A stretch of DNA of 60,280 nt from Candidatus Omnitrophota bacterium (lineage in GTDB: Bacteria > Omnitrophota > Gorgyraeia > Zapsychrales > Zapsychraceae). This document shows positions 1 through 9,250 of this stretch, piece after piece. Under the pieces are notes generated by a model. The model was not told the origin of the DNA. It ran no database searches and saw only the letters and a program-made list of their open reading frames with translations. Made by a program: the position numbers and the translations under genes. Position 1 is the first letter of the stretch; every line of letters starts with the position of its first letter. The stretch covers positions 1-60,280 of the forward strand of contig JANQMA010000023.1 in assembly GCA_028280285.1 (NCBI GenBank), written 5' to 3'.

Positions 1-1534
1 TATACCCTGTGTTAAAACATTTCGAACATCCCTTGGCGCGAAATAACCGGTATTTTTTCGATGGATCTAATTCAATTTTTTCGGCCATATCCTTGGGCAC
101 ATTATATTCTTCTTTACACCCGTCGCATAATTTACGCAAAAGCCTTTGGGCAACAATCGCTAAAACGGACGAGCAAATCAGAAACGGTTCAACCCCCATA
201 TTGGCCATACGCACAACCGATCCGGCCGCGGTCGTTGTATGTAAAGAACTTAAAACCAAATGGCCTGTGAGTGCGGCCTTAACCGCAATATCCATTGTCT
301 CCCCATCGCGAATTTCACCGATCAAAATAATATCCGGATCTTGTCTTAAGATTGATCTGAGGCTGGTGGCAAAGGTAAGGCCCATTGACGGCTTAACATT
401 GACTTGATTGACGCCTTTAAGCTGAAACTCAACGGGATCTTCAACCGTCACAATATTTTTGCCGGGCTCATTCACCGAGTTAAGTACAGAGTATAAAGTT
501 GTTGTCTTGCCGCTTCCGGTCGGACCACATGTCAAAATGAGTCCATGCGGTTTAACCGATGCATCCTTAAGACGCTTAAGCGATTCTGCTTGAAAACCAA
601 TATTGTCCACATTAAGCGCGGTTGCCCCCTGCTGATCTAAAACCCGGAGAACAACTTTTTCGCCATAGACCGTCGGAAGGACAGAAACACGAAAGTCAAC
701 GCCGCGGTTGCCGGAGATGATTGTTTTAAACCGTCCGTCTTGTGGCAGGCGGTGTTCAGAAATATCAAGGTTCGCAATAACTTTAATGCGCGCGACAATC
801 GGAAAATTAAGCGCCTTTGACATGCGGTCGATCTCACGGATAACCCCGTCAATGCGGTAACGTATACGCATTTGATGTTCCATCGGTTCAATAAAAACAT
901 CCGAGGCCTTGGCATGGACCGCTTGTTGAATAATCGTATCTACCAACTTGATAATCGGGGCCTCTTCGGTGAGCTCTTCAACTTGACCTTCTTCCCCGCT
1001 GATATCTTTAACAATTTCAAGATCACCGGTATCTTTAATGGACTGCATAATCTCATCAAATCGCCCTTCTGATTCGCCATCCTGCTCTCTTTCGGCTGCC
1101 CCTTCCACATAATATTTGTAAATAGCTGTATCAATATCCTCAGGACTGCCAATCACCGGGCTAATCGTTAAACCTGTGACCGATTTAATATTATCAATCA
1201 CAAAAATATTAAGCGGATCAACCATAGCAAGCGTCAGCTGATCACCCAATAAAGATATGGGCATCACCTTATACTTCTCGACAATTTCTTTGGGCACAGC
1301 AGCAACAGATTCCGGAGCAACATTTAAGTGAGAAATTTTAACAAGAGGAAGATCCAGTGCCTCACTTAATACTTGAACAAGCGTGGTCTCATCAATAAGA
1401 TTATGTTTGGTTAAAATTTTGGTAAGTTCGCCGCCGGATTTTTTTTGTTCTTTAAGGATTTCATCGAGATCGTTTTTGGCAACGAGATTGTCACGCGTGA
1501 GAATTGAGATTAAACGGTCTTTTAAAGACGCCAT
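1..1534 (-). CDS. PilB/GspE-family secretion/pilus ATPase, partial (C-terminal end beyond nt 1)
   Basis: Absent from the ORF track because no stop lies in the window. My translation from ATG 1534-1532 (TAATG overlap with the upstream ORF) gives MASLKDRLISILTRDNLVAKNDLDEILKEQ..., RIRYRIDGV, LPQDGRF, Walker A LTCGPTGSGKTTTLYS (nt ~485-535), VEDPVEF, RQDPDIILIGEIRD, GHLVLSSLHT, and LCDGC...GCSKCFNTGY at nt 2-150. The frame stays open to the window edge. Confidence 0.85.
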   Translation of the reverse strand, partial: MASLKDRLISILTRDNLVAKNDLDEILKEQKKSGGELTKILTKHNLIDETTLVQVLSEALDLPLVKISHLNVAPESVAAVPKEIVEKYKVMPISLLGDQLTLAMVDPLNIFVIDNIKSVTGLTISPVIGSPEDIDTAIYKYYVEGAAEREQDGESEGRFDEIMQSIKDTGDLEIVKDISGEEGQVEELTEEAPIIKLVDTIIQQAVHAKASDVFIEPMEHQMRIRYRIDGVIREIDRMSKALNFPIVARIKVIANLDISEHRLPQDGRFKTIISGNRGVDFRVSVLPTVYGEKVVLRVLDQQGATALNVDNIGFQAESLKRLKDASVKPHGLILTCGPTGSGKTTTLYSVLNSVNEPGKNIVTVEDPVEFQLKGVNQVNVKPSMGLTFATSLRSILRQDPDIILIGEIRDGETMDIAVKAALTGHLVLSSLHTTTAAGSVVRMANMGVEPFLICSSVLAIVAQRLLRKLCDGCKEEYNVPKDMAEKIELDPSKKYRLFRAKGCSKCFNTGY

Positions 1535-1983
1535 TATGTCGAACCGTAATATTTATCAATTGATTGTTGAATATCCGTTGTCGTGCTGACAAATGTCTGT
1601 ACAACGCATCCCGTCAGCTTTTCCACTTCTTCGGCAGCTTTAAGATTCAAAGGATTGGCCATTGTCAGCGTCAGGCTTTTACCAATCTTATCTATAGGGA
1701 TTAAACAATTTTCACGACACATCTCAGCAGGAACACTATCGAGCACCTCCTGATCAATTTCATAATTGACTAAAGGCAAATAAGGAAAACCGTACTGACA
1801 AGTTAAAGCCTGGGCAATATCTTTTTCCGTCGCAAAATTCAAACTAACCAGAACTTCCCCGAATAACCCGCCCTGTTCCTTCTGTGTTTTAATTGCCCGT
1901 TCAAGCTGCTCGTGATTGATAACGCCACGTTCAATCAAAAGTTGACCGAGCTGTTTTTTAGTCGTTTTCTTAAATTCGCGCAT
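1534..1983 (-). CDS. Stand-alone MshEN / GspE_N-domain protein with no ATPase domain; candidate c-di-GMP receptor
   Basis: 149 aa. Two tandem motifs of the MshEN type (xLGxxLLxxGxIxxxxLxxxLxxQ): QLGQLLIERGVINHEQLERAIKTQ and LFGEVLVSLNFATEKDIAQALTCQ. Its stop overlaps the start of the PilB/GspE-like gene. Confidence 0.6.
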   Translation of the reverse strand: MREFKKTTKKQLGQLLIERGVINHEQLERAIKTQKEQGGLFGEVLVSLNFATEKDIAQALTCQYGFPYLPLVNYEIDQEVLDSVPAEMCRENCLIPIDKIGKSLTLTMANPLNLKAAEEVEKLTGCVVQTFVSTTTDIQQSIDKYYGST

Positions 1984-2055
1984 TGTTTAACTCACAGTCT
2001 TCTGGCGACAATTGTACTATACATAAAATTCAACAACAAGCTAATTTGTAGAATT

Positions 2056-2158
2056 AAGGAGTTAAGGGGACACATCACTTAATTATATTATTTTTTTCCC
2101 GCACCGAGTATGGAAAACGGTAGCTGTATAATTAAGTGATGTGTCCCCTTAACTCCTT
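2056..2158. repeat. REPIN-like inverted doublet, family AAGGGGACACAT[CT]ACTTAATT
   Basis: Perfect 32-bp inverted repeat: 2056-2087 (aaggagttaaggggacacatcacttaattata) and 2127-2158, with a 39-nt spacer. The right arm contains the last 8 codons and the stop of rodA. Confidence 0.8.
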
Positions 2159-3247
2159 CCGGCTAAGATTAAGTAGTATCCCAAGCATAATAGCAAAAAT
2201 CAAAAAAGAGGATCTGCCGTAACTAACCAGCGGCAACGTTAGCCCGACAATGGGGAAAAGCCCGATCACCATCCCCACATTAATAATAACCTGCAGAGAA
2301 AAAATAACAACTATTCCAATGATTAATAATATACCGAAGCGGTCTTTCACTCTTTTTACAAGCGACAAGGCAGTCGAAATAAGCAAGAAGTACATCACTA
2401 AAAGTAAGATCGAACCCATAAGCCCCCACTCTTCTCCTATAACAGAAAAAATAAAATCTGTGTGACGCTCCGGAAGAAAATTAAGTTGATTCTGTGTTCC
2501 TGACAGCCATCCTTTCCCAAAAACTTGGCCCGACCCGACGGCAATCTTTGATTGGATAATCGTGTAGCCGGCACCAAGCGGATCTATGTTAGGGTTTAAG
2601 AAAACCAGAAGCCTGTCTTTTTGATAGGATTTGAGAAAATGCCATGCAAACGGAAGAACGCCCACACAGATACCAGCAAACCAAAAAAGAACTTTGTGGC
2701 TTAATCCTCCCGCATAAGCCATAAATATGAATATGCCCAGCATAAGCAAAGAAGTCCCTAAATCCGGTTGTTTAAAAATAAGAAACATCGAGACAGCTGT
2801 CATACTAAGTGGAAAAAGAAAGTCACGAATCAAACCTGTAATCTTATTATGGATATTGAATGATAATACAGGCCGGCGGTTCGCATAATAACGGCTTAAG
2901 AAAACGATTAAAGCCAATTTTGTTAACTCGGAAGGCTGAAAGTTAACACCACCCAACTGAATCCAACGGCGGGCTCCCAACGCATCGCGGCCCATGATCA
3001 AAACCAATATTAAGAGGATTATATTCAACGCATATAAAATATACCCCAAATCATAGAAGCGTCTAAAATCAACTCTCTCAAAAATAAACATAACGGCAAA
3101 ACCGAGTACGACGATGAACAGTTGATCATAAAAAACCGTTTGCGGCACACGCACATTTTGGTAAGATGCACTGTAAAGCGCCACTAGACCTAAGGCGACA
3201 ATGATAAATGTGAAGAGCCAAATTTTAAAAGCGATATTCTTGTGCAT
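2132..3247 (-). CDS. rodA: SEDS-family peptidoglycan polymerase RodA
   Basis: 371-aa polytopic membrane protein with FtsW/RodA/SpoVE-type segments (QPSELTKLALIVFLSRYY, GLTLPLVSYGRSS). Last gene of the mreBCD-mrdA-rodA block. Confidence 0.85.
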   Translation of the reverse strand: MHKNIAFKIWLFTFIIVALGLVALYSASYQNVRVPQTVFYDQLFIVVLGFAVMFIFERVDFRRFYDLGYILYALNIILLILVLIMGRDALGARRWIQLGGVNFQPSELTKLALIVFLSRYYANRRPVLSFNIHNKITGLIRDFLFPLSMTAVSMFLIFKQPDLGTSLLMLGIFIFMAYAGGLSHKVLFWFAGICVGVLPFAWHFLKSYQKDRLLVFLNPNIDPLGAGYTIIQSKIAVGSGQVFGKGWLSGTQNQLNFLPERHTDFIFSVIGEEWGLMGSILLLVMYFLLISTALSLVKRVKDRFGILLIIGIVVIFSLQVIINVGMVIGLFPIVGLTLPLVSYGRSSFLIFAIMLGILLNLSRKELRGHIT

Positions 3248-3251
3248 TATC

Positions 3252-3315
3252 TAGTTGTTTGTTGTTTGTTGTTTGTTGTTGGCCTAACAACCAACAACCA
3301 GCAACCAACAACTAC
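3252..3315. repeat. Imperfect hairpin with heptamer-repeat arms, (GTTGTTT)x4 / (CAACCAA)x3
   Basis: tagttgtttgttgtttgttgtttgttgttgg-cctaa-caaccaacaaccagcaaccaacaactac fills the mrdA-rodA spacer. No U-tract follows on the transcribed strand. Confidence 0.7.
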
Positions 3316-5031
3316 TTATAACATTTTCTTATCCCTCAATTCCATAAACATCTGCCGGGCAATTAAAGTAGCATTATGACTTGAACCGCCATGTTCGAGA
3401 AAAACACAAAAGGCGAAATTTGCATTCTCCCCCTTCAAATACCCGACAAACCATGCATGGTGATCTTTGTTCGGTGCGCTTTGTGCCGTTCCGGTTTTGC
3501 CCGCGATATAAAGACCCGGCAAATCCAAAAAGTGTGCGGTGCCTGCATAATCATCAACCGCAGCCCTTAATCCTTTTTTAACAGAATCAAAGACACCATC
3601 CTTGATTCTTAATTGTTTACCCTTGTAATTCTTTTTAATATCTTCCCCCGCAACGGATTTAAGCAAATGAGGTTGAACCGTTTGCCCATCGTTGACAACC
3701 GTTGCCATCATATTCACTAACTGTAAAGGTGTTGTTAAAACATCACCTTGTCCAATAGAAAAATTAAGCGTGTGCCCCTTATACCATCTCTTCCTGTATT
3801 TAAGCATGCGTGCGCGCGGTGAAGGAACATGTCCTTCTTTTTCATGCGGCAAATCAATGTGCGTTTTTGCCCCCAATCCAAACTGACGGGCATACGTGTT
3901 GATCATATCCGGACCCAACATAAGACCGAGTTTGTAATAATAGACATTACACGAATGCGCCAGTGACTTGGTTAAATTATATTGACCCGGTGGTGCGGTG
4001 CAGCCAAAGCGAATGCCACCCAGATCATAAAAGCCTTTTGATTCAATCAGACTTTCTGCGGTGATTTTTTTCGCATCCAGCCCGGCGATGGCCATCGGTA
4101 CCTTAAAGACAGAACCTGGTGGATAGGCCGCACTAACCGCACGGTTAAGCATAGGCGCACGTTTGTTTTGAAATAATGCCGTTAACTGCCTACTCTTTGT
4201 TTTATCAAGAAAAATATTGGGATCATAGCCGGGTGTGCTTGCCATCACAAGCACTTCACCAGAGTCGGCATTCATCATCACAATCGATCCGCGCTTTTCC
4301 CCCAAAAGTTCTTCGGCAATTTTTTGAATATGTGTATCAATAGTCAGCTGTATGTCCTGCCCCTGCGACGGCTCCTTAATGCTCAGTATGCGCACCTGCT
4401 GACCACGACTGTTGACTTCAACCTGCTGACCCCCTTGCTCGCCTTTAAGATAAGAATCATAATATTCCTCAACACCGGAGTAACCTATGTTACTTTGCTG
4501 CGAATAACCGTATTCTTGATAGCGTTCGTACTTGGCCCGATTAATTTTGCCGACATAGCCTAAAATATGCGTTGCTAAGTTTTTTTGCGGATAATATCGT
4601 TTAAAATTTGTATGAACGGCAATACTTGGATACAAAAACCTATTCTCTTCGATGACTATAGCTTTGGCCTTATCAATATCTTCAACCAAAATAACCGGAG
4701 CAAATGGCGTAAATTTTTTATTGCGATAAGTCTGCTTAAGTTTGTTCGCATCGGTTTGAAAGACATCACTCAAAAAATGAAACAGTCTATCTTTATCCGC
4801 AATGTCTTGCGGTGTGACCATCACATCATAAGAAATACGATTCTCGGCAAGAACCACGCCATTACGATCTGTGATTTTACCACGGTAACCCTCGAGCGGA
4901 ACAATACGAATCCGGTTATTGGCACTGAGTTTATGATAATATGGCCCGCGGATCATCTGCATATAGGCGAGACCTAATATCAAGGTAATAAAACCGATGA
5001 TTATAAGTGTATATATAGTCTTGATACGCAT
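3316..5031 (-). CDS. mrdA: Penicillin-binding protein 2 (elongasome transpeptidase)
   Basis: 571 aa. N-terminal TM helix. Transpeptidase motifs SxxK (PPGSVFKV), SxN (HSCNVYY) and KTG (AGKTGTAQ). Sits between mreD and rodA. Confidence 0.9.
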   Translation of the reverse strand: MRIKTIYTLIIIGFITLILGLAYMQMIRGPYYHKLSANNRIRIVPLEGYRGKITDRNGVVLAENRISYDVMVTPQDIADKDRLFHFLSDVFQTDANKLKQTYRNKKFTPFAPVILVEDIDKAKAIVIEENRFLYPSIAVHTNFKRYYPQKNLATHILGYVGKINRAKYERYQEYGYSQQSNIGYSGVEEYYDSYLKGEQGGQQVEVNSRGQQVRILSIKEPSQGQDIQLTIDTHIQKIAEELLGEKRGSIVMMNADSGEVLVMASTPGYDPNIFLDKTKSRQLTALFQNKRAPMLNRAVSAAYPPGSVFKVPMAIAGLDAKKITAESLIESKGFYDLGGIRFGCTAPPGQYNLTKSLAHSCNVYYYKLGLMLGPDMINTYARQFGLGAKTHIDLPHEKEGHVPSPRARMLKYRKRWYKGHTLNFSIGQGDVLTTPLQLVNMMATVVNDGQTVQPHLLKSVAGEDIKKNYKGKQLRIKDGVFDSVKKGLRAAVDDYAGTAHFLDLPGLYIAGKTGTAQSAPNKDHHAWFVGYLKGENANFAFCVFLEHGGSSHNATLIARQMFMELRDKKML

Positions 5032-5492
5032 GATTTTAAAAATTCAATCGTCATATTCGCGACGACCAAAGTCGAAACAACTTCCGGAATAAAAATGTGC
5101 ACAAACAGATGCTTGAAACTGGTTGTAAAAAATATCATATGGAGAAAATATTGAACGATAACGTTGATGCAGATAACACAAAAAATAATCAAAAGTCTCT
5201 TCCACATGTTGCCACGCGGATGGATAAAGCGCAACAACACTGTCACGGCGTAGGCGCAGAGAATATAACTTAAAAAACTAATACCAAACATTGATGTGCT
5301 GAAACTGTCTTGCAGCATACCGCAAAAGATCGCCGCAAAGATACTGTAACGGATCCCAAAAGCGAAGTTGGCGAAAATAACAAGTAAGAGCAAAAAATTC
5401 GGCTTAAACCACTCACCGATTGTGTTGAATAAAATAAATTCGGTAAGGTAAAAGATGAATGAGAAAAGGATGATGAAGATAGTCTTAAACAT
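5001..5492 (-). CDS. mreD: Rod shape-determining protein MreD
   Basis: 163-aa very hydrophobic multi-helix protein lying between mreC and mrdA. The call rests on synteny and composition. Confidence 0.65.
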   Translation of the reverse strand: MFKTIFIILFSFIFYLTEFILFNTIGEWFKPNFLLLLVIFANFAFGIRYSIFAAIFCGMLQDSFSTSMFGISFLSYILCAYAVTVLLRFIHPRGNMWKRLLIIFCVICINVIVQYFLHMIFFTTSFKHLFVHIFIPEVVSTLVVANMTIEFLKSCVSRLYIHL

Positions 5493-5507
5493 AATCTTTC
5501 AATAAAT

Positions 5508-5648
5508 TAGTGATAGAGTGATATTCATAAATGGATTGATAACTGGTGATAAAGTGATAATTAGAAATTGTAGGGAACGCTCCCTTTACTAATCAATACC
5601 TCTTTTACCTCTCATACCACTCCTATCACTCTATCACTTTATCACTCT
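5508..5648. repeat. Nested imperfect palindrome with AGTGATA-type repeat arms and a central GC hairpin
   Basis: agtgatagagtgata (5509-5523) is the exact reverse complement of tatcactctatcact (5624-5638). A second register pairs ggtgataaagtgata with tatcactttatcac. Central stem agggaacgctccct at 5572-5585. The element overlaps the mreC stop codon. Confidence 0.7.
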
Positions 5649-6427
5649 TTCAAAATCACCAAAACCTCTTCCAACTGTGACAACGCGACAGCCGGTTCAA
5701 CAATGGCTTCAATCGTAAGTGTCCTTGGATTATGCACCACCTCAACAATGATACCCACCATTAAACTCTCCGGAAAAGAAGAACTCAACTTCGATGTAAT
5801 CACTTGATCACCGCCACGGATACGCGCATCTTGATCGATATAACTCATCCGGCAATTGCCATCGAGCGTTCCTGAGATCAAGCCACTTTCTCGTGTGCGT
5901 TTAACGAGCGCCGCCAAGCTAAATTGCGGATCGGTGATCAAAATAACTTTGGCAGTTGTCGGGCTTACCTCTGAGACTTTGCCGACGACCCCAAGCGCAT
6001 TAACAACAGGCTGCCCCACTTTAACCCCTTCGTTTGCGCCTTTATCAATAATCATCGAATTATTCCAGTAAGACGGTTCACGTCCGACAACATTGGCCGC
6101 CACCGATGAATAAACCAAACTGCGTTTGAGCTTAAGCAATTCATCCAGGCGCGTGTTTTCTTTAGTCAGTTCATCAATACCGATCAACCGCGCCTTTAAA
6201 TAACCGACTTCTTTGCGCAAGGATTTGTATGCCTCAAACGTACGATGATAATAAAGAATTTTTTTGACTTCACGGATAGGAAAAGAAATGATTTTAACCG
6301 GAACAGAAACGACTTTGATAAAACCGAATTTAACGGCGGTGAAAAACCTGGACTGACTGACAAACAAAAGGAAAGGAATAATAAGAAGAAGCGCGTAGAT
6401 TATATTTTTTTGATTGTCTCGTAGCAC
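5642..6427 (-). CDS. mreC: Rod shape-determining protein MreC
   Basis: 261 aa. N-terminal TM helix, coiled coil (LKARLIGIDELTKENTRLDELLKLK), C-terminal beta domains (GANEGVKVGQPVV, LGVVGKVSEV). Directly downstream of mreB. Confidence 0.85.
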   Translation of the reverse strand: MLRDNQKNIIYALLLIIPFLLFVSQSRFFTAVKFGFIKVVSVPVKIISFPIREVKKILYYHRTFEAYKSLRKEVGYLKARLIGIDELTKENTRLDELLKLKRSLVYSSVAANVVGREPSYWNNSMIIDKGANEGVKVGQPVVNALGVVGKVSEVSPTTAKVILITDPQFSLAALVKRTRESGLISGTLDGNCRMSYIDQDARIRGGDQVITSKLSSSFPESLMVGIIVEVVHNPRTLTIEAIVEPAVALSQLEEVLVILKE

Positions 6428-6430
6428 GCA

Positions 6431-7504
6431 TTAAAAATCTAATTTGGTTGGCACCACAATCCGACGACGAAGCCGCGCCGGCATATTAAGCATTTGGCCT
6501 GTTCCAAGAACAACCGCGGTCAGCGGATCATCGGCGATATGCACCGGAAGACCGGTTTCCTCGGCGATGCGTTTATCAAGACCGCGCAAAAGCGAACCCC
6601 CGCCGGCCATAACGATCCCGCGGTCAATCAAATCGGCGGACAACTCGGGCGGCGTTTGTTCAAGCGTTGATTTTGACGCGTCAACAATCGCCTGCACCGG
6701 ATCATGCAAGGCCTCGCGGATTTCAACCGATGTGATCGTAATCGTTTTCGGAAGCCCTGAGATAAGATCGCGTCCGCGCACATCCATGCTTAACTCTTCT
6801 TCTAAAGGATAGGCCGAACCGATACGGATTTTAATTTCTTCGGCGGTTCTATCACCGATCATTAAGTTGTATGTTTTGCGTAAATATTCAATAATCGCCG
6901 CATCCATTTCATCTCCCGCGATGCGAATGGACTTTGCATACACAAGCCCGCCTAAAGAAATCACCGCAAATTCCGTTGTACCGCCCCCGACATCCACAAT
7001 CATATTTCCTGCCGGCTCTTCGACCGCCAGGCCGACACCAACAGCGGCTGCCTTCGGCTCTTCAATCAGCTCCACATGACGCGCCCCGGCCCGTTCCGCC
7101 GAATCGCGCACCGCGCGTTTCTCAACCGCTGTAATACCGGATGGAATCGCGATCACCATCGCCGGACTTAATAATGTTTTACGCTTGTGAACCTTACGGA
7201 TAAAATACTTAAGCATGGCCTCGGTAATTTCAAAATCAGAAATAACCCCGTCTTTCATCGGGCGGATCGCCACAATATTACCCGGCGTGCGGCCGAGCAT
7301 CTTCTTGGCCTCTTCCCCAACGGCAACGACACGGTTTGAGTCTTTCTCAATCGAGACAACCGACGGCTCGCAGAGAACCACCCCTTCGCCCTTAACAAAC
7401 ACAAGGGTTGTGGCCGTCCCTAAATCGATTCCTATGTCATTGGAAAATAAACCTAAAATATAATTGAAGGCAGTGCGGACGAACTTAAGAATTTTTTGTA
7501 ACAT
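6431..7504 (-). CDS. mreB: Actin-like rod-shape protein MreB
   Basis: 357 aa. [53 protein letters not shown]. Confidence 0.95.
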   Translation of the reverse strand: MLQKILKFVRTAFNYILGLFSNDIGIDLGTATTLVFVKGEGVVLCEPSVVSIEKDSNRVVAVGEEAKKMLGRTPGNIVAIRPMKDGVISDFEITEAMLKYFIRKVHKRKTLLSPAMVIAIPSGITAVEKRAVRDSAERAGARHVELIEEPKAAAVGVGLAVEEPAGNMIVDVGGGTTEFAVISLGGLVYAKSIRIAGDEMDAAIIEYLRKTYNLMIGDRTAEEIKIRIGSAYPLEEELSMDVRGRDLISGLPKTITITSVEIREALHDPVQAIVDASKSTLEQTPPELSADLIDRGIVMAGGGSLLRGLDKRIAEETGLPVHIADDPLTAVVLGTGQMLNMPARLRRRIVVPTKLDF

Positions 7505-7625
7505 AAGCGGTCTCTATTGGTTAGAAGATCTCCGGGAAATGATTTCACCAGAGCTGTATTTATATGGTAATAAATAATTTGCATAATAATATATTAAATG
7601 GGTGGGGGTGTCAAATGGTTTGTTT

Positions 7626-8027
7626 CTACTGACATACCTTCAAGGAAGACATAGCCTTTTTGATGCCATCAAAGTCTTTGTCATTATGAAGCAACTGCAA
7701 ATCATGTTCAATAGCCACTTGAGCGATAAGACAATCAACGGAATTGCGAATTGTAATACCTTTTTTACGGCATTGAATATAAATCTTAGCAGCTTGAGCA
7801 TAAGAATCTTTCTGATCCAAAGGAACAAAAAAGATCAGTGTATCGAGATACTTCTTTAAAAGGTTATAATCTTTAGGATTTGCCGCTCCCTGCAACAACT
7901 CCTGATAGATATGGCTTGTAATACCAAAGGGTATTTTCGATGCAATGATGTCATTTAATTGATCGGTTGCTGCATTATCAGCGCCTTTAAAAAAGTCAAT
8001 TAAAACAGATGTATCTACCAAAATCAT
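7626..8027 (-). CDS. vapC: PIN-domain toxin VapC
   Basis: 133 aa. Starts MILVDTSVLIDFF, with the conserved N-terminal Asp. Lies 3 nt downstream of the small antitoxin gene. Confidence 0.8.
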   Translation of the reverse strand: MILVDTSVLIDFFKGADNAATDQLNDIIASKIPFGITSHIYQELLQGAANPKDYNLLKKYLDTLIFFVPLDQKDSYAQAAKIYIQCRKKGITIRNSVDCLIAQVAIEHDLQLLHNDKDFDGIKKAMSSLKVCQ

Positions 8028-8030
8028 ATA

Positions 8031-8228
8031 CTATCCTTTTCTTAGAGCTTTATAATTGTAGTCTTTACGAAAAGTGATTTTCCCTTTTAGTTCGCGCAGA
8101 TCCAACCGACTATGGTTTTGAACATACTCTTTTAATGCAGTTGTGATTAAATCTTTTTTAGTCCGCAACTTGGATAATTTCAGAGCCTTCTTAACCAAGG
8201 CTTCATCTAAAACAATATTTGTGCGCAT
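8031..8228 (-). CDS. vapB: VapB-family antitoxin
   Basis: MRTNIVLDEALVKKALKLSKLRTKKDLITTALKEY... AGGAGG lies 9 nt upstream of ATG 8228. The ORF track's longer start at 8252 has no RBS. Confidence 0.7.
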   Translation of the reverse strand: MRTNIVLDEALVKKALKLSKLRTKKDLITTALKEYVQNHSRLDLRELKGKITFRKDYNYKALRKG

Positions 8229-8300
8229 AGAAATACACCTCCTTATACACATAGAATAGCATATATATTAAATATAGCAAACCAATAAAAAATTTTTGTA

Positions 8301-8459
8301 TTATTCAGGCTCGCGAGCGAAGGACAAATCGCCAATTGCGGCCTTGGCGGCCTCATACGGCTCGGGATCATCCGGCAGATCATCGGCCAGACCGAGAAAT
8401 AATGGAAGGTTGGTCATTGGTTGGACATTGATGATCACCGGCACAAACCCATGCTCCAT
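8301..8459 (-). pseudogene. Orphan copy of the giant-ORF C-terminal tail (52 codons, below the ORF-track cutoff)
   Basis: My translation: MEHGFVPVIINVQPMTNLPLFLGLADDLPDDPEPYEAAKAAIGDLSFAREPE*. It aligns to the 3' end of the 2,089-aa gene (nt ~9292-9430; GLVPVIINVQPMTNLPLFLGLADELPDDPEPYEAAKAEIGDLS) at roughly 85% nucleotide identity by eye. It has no upstream body. Confidence 0.75.
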
Positions 8460-8484
8460 AATTATTTGATTCAATCGTCTGAAG

Positions 8485-8745
8485 CTAACGATAAATAAGG
8501 GAATATTTCTCTAAGTTATTTAGAGAATCAAGATCCAAATCTATATCTAAATCCGGCCAGAAAAGATGAAAGCCATGATGAAGTTCGACATCCTGAATTT
8601 GAGCAAGTGTGGCATCTTTAAACCACGGAAAGTCTTTATCAGGTAAAAAATACTCCTTGGCCTTAACCATAACCCAAATCCCAAATGAGGAAATGTTTAA
8701 AACATCAACTTTGGAAATGTTTTTTCCACGATTTTTTGGCTTCAT
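8485..8745 (-). CDS. DUF2442-family small protein
   Basis: 86 aa. Pattern ...FPWFKDATLAQIQDVELHHGFHLFWPDLDIDLDLD... matches DUF2442 as I remember it. TAATG overlap with hicA. Confidence 0.6.
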   Translation of the reverse strand: MKPKNRGKNISKVDVLNISSFGIWVMVKAKEYFLPDKDFPWFKDATLAQIQDVELHHGFHLFWPDLDIDLDLDSLNNLEKYSLIYR

Positions 8746-8972
8746 TACAATAAACCTTTAAAGTCTTCAACCGAAATTTGTGCTTGTTTGAGTATATGCG
8801 AAAGGGTTGAACGTTTGATAGGACGATGCGCAGGCACTGTCAGTTTAAGCTTTTTTGACGGTGTTTCTTTCTGAAGACGAATGTGGCTGCCTTTTTGACG
8901 GACAACAACCCAACCATTGCGGCGCAAAGCTTTAATGACTTGTTCATAATTGGCGCTAGGAACCTTTGTCAT
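8745..8972 (-). CDS. hicA: HicA-family mRNA interferase toxin
   Basis: 75 aa. VIKALRRNGWVVVRQKGSHIRLQK...TVPAHRPIKRSTLSHILKQA. Confidence 0.8.
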   Translation of the reverse strand: MTKVPSANYEQVIKALRRNGWVVVRQKGSHIRLQKETPSKKLKLTVPAHRPIKRSTLSHILKQAQISVEDFKGLL

Positions 8973-9172
8973 ATTGACAACTCTACAGATTCCGCATTAG
9001 GAGTAAAACTGTTATCGTCCTCAACCGGCTCTAAATAAAGTTCAATCGCCTCTTTGATATTAGCTATCGCTTCATCCTTACTATTTCCTTCACTAAGACA
9101 ACCAGGAAGGGCCGGAACGATTGCCGTAAATCCACCTTCTTCACTTGGTTCTAAAATAATTTGTAATGTCAT
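8969..9172 (-). CDS. hicB: HicB-family antitoxin
   Basis: 67 aa. EEGGFTAIVPALPGCLSEGNSKDEAIANIKEAIELYLE. GGAGG 8 nt upstream. 4-nt overlap with hicA. Confidence 0.8.
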   Translation of the reverse strand: MTLQIILEPSEEGGFTAIVPALPGCLSEGNSKDEAIANIKEAIELYLEPVEDDNSFTPNAESVELSI

Positions 9173-9250
9173 TTATTGTCCTCCAGAAATATTATCTACT
9201 CAGTTGAAAGTATAGCATATTTCAGCATACCAACACAAACCCAAAAAACT

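Noticed and set aside
9-1589. Plus- and minus-strand short ORFs from the track (9..407+, 61..270+, 637..915-, 872..1072+, 940..1152-, 1383..1589+)
   Set aside because: All lie inside the open minus-strand frame that encodes a clear PilB/GspE ATPase (Walker A, His box, C-terminal Cys motifs). They are shadow ORFs.
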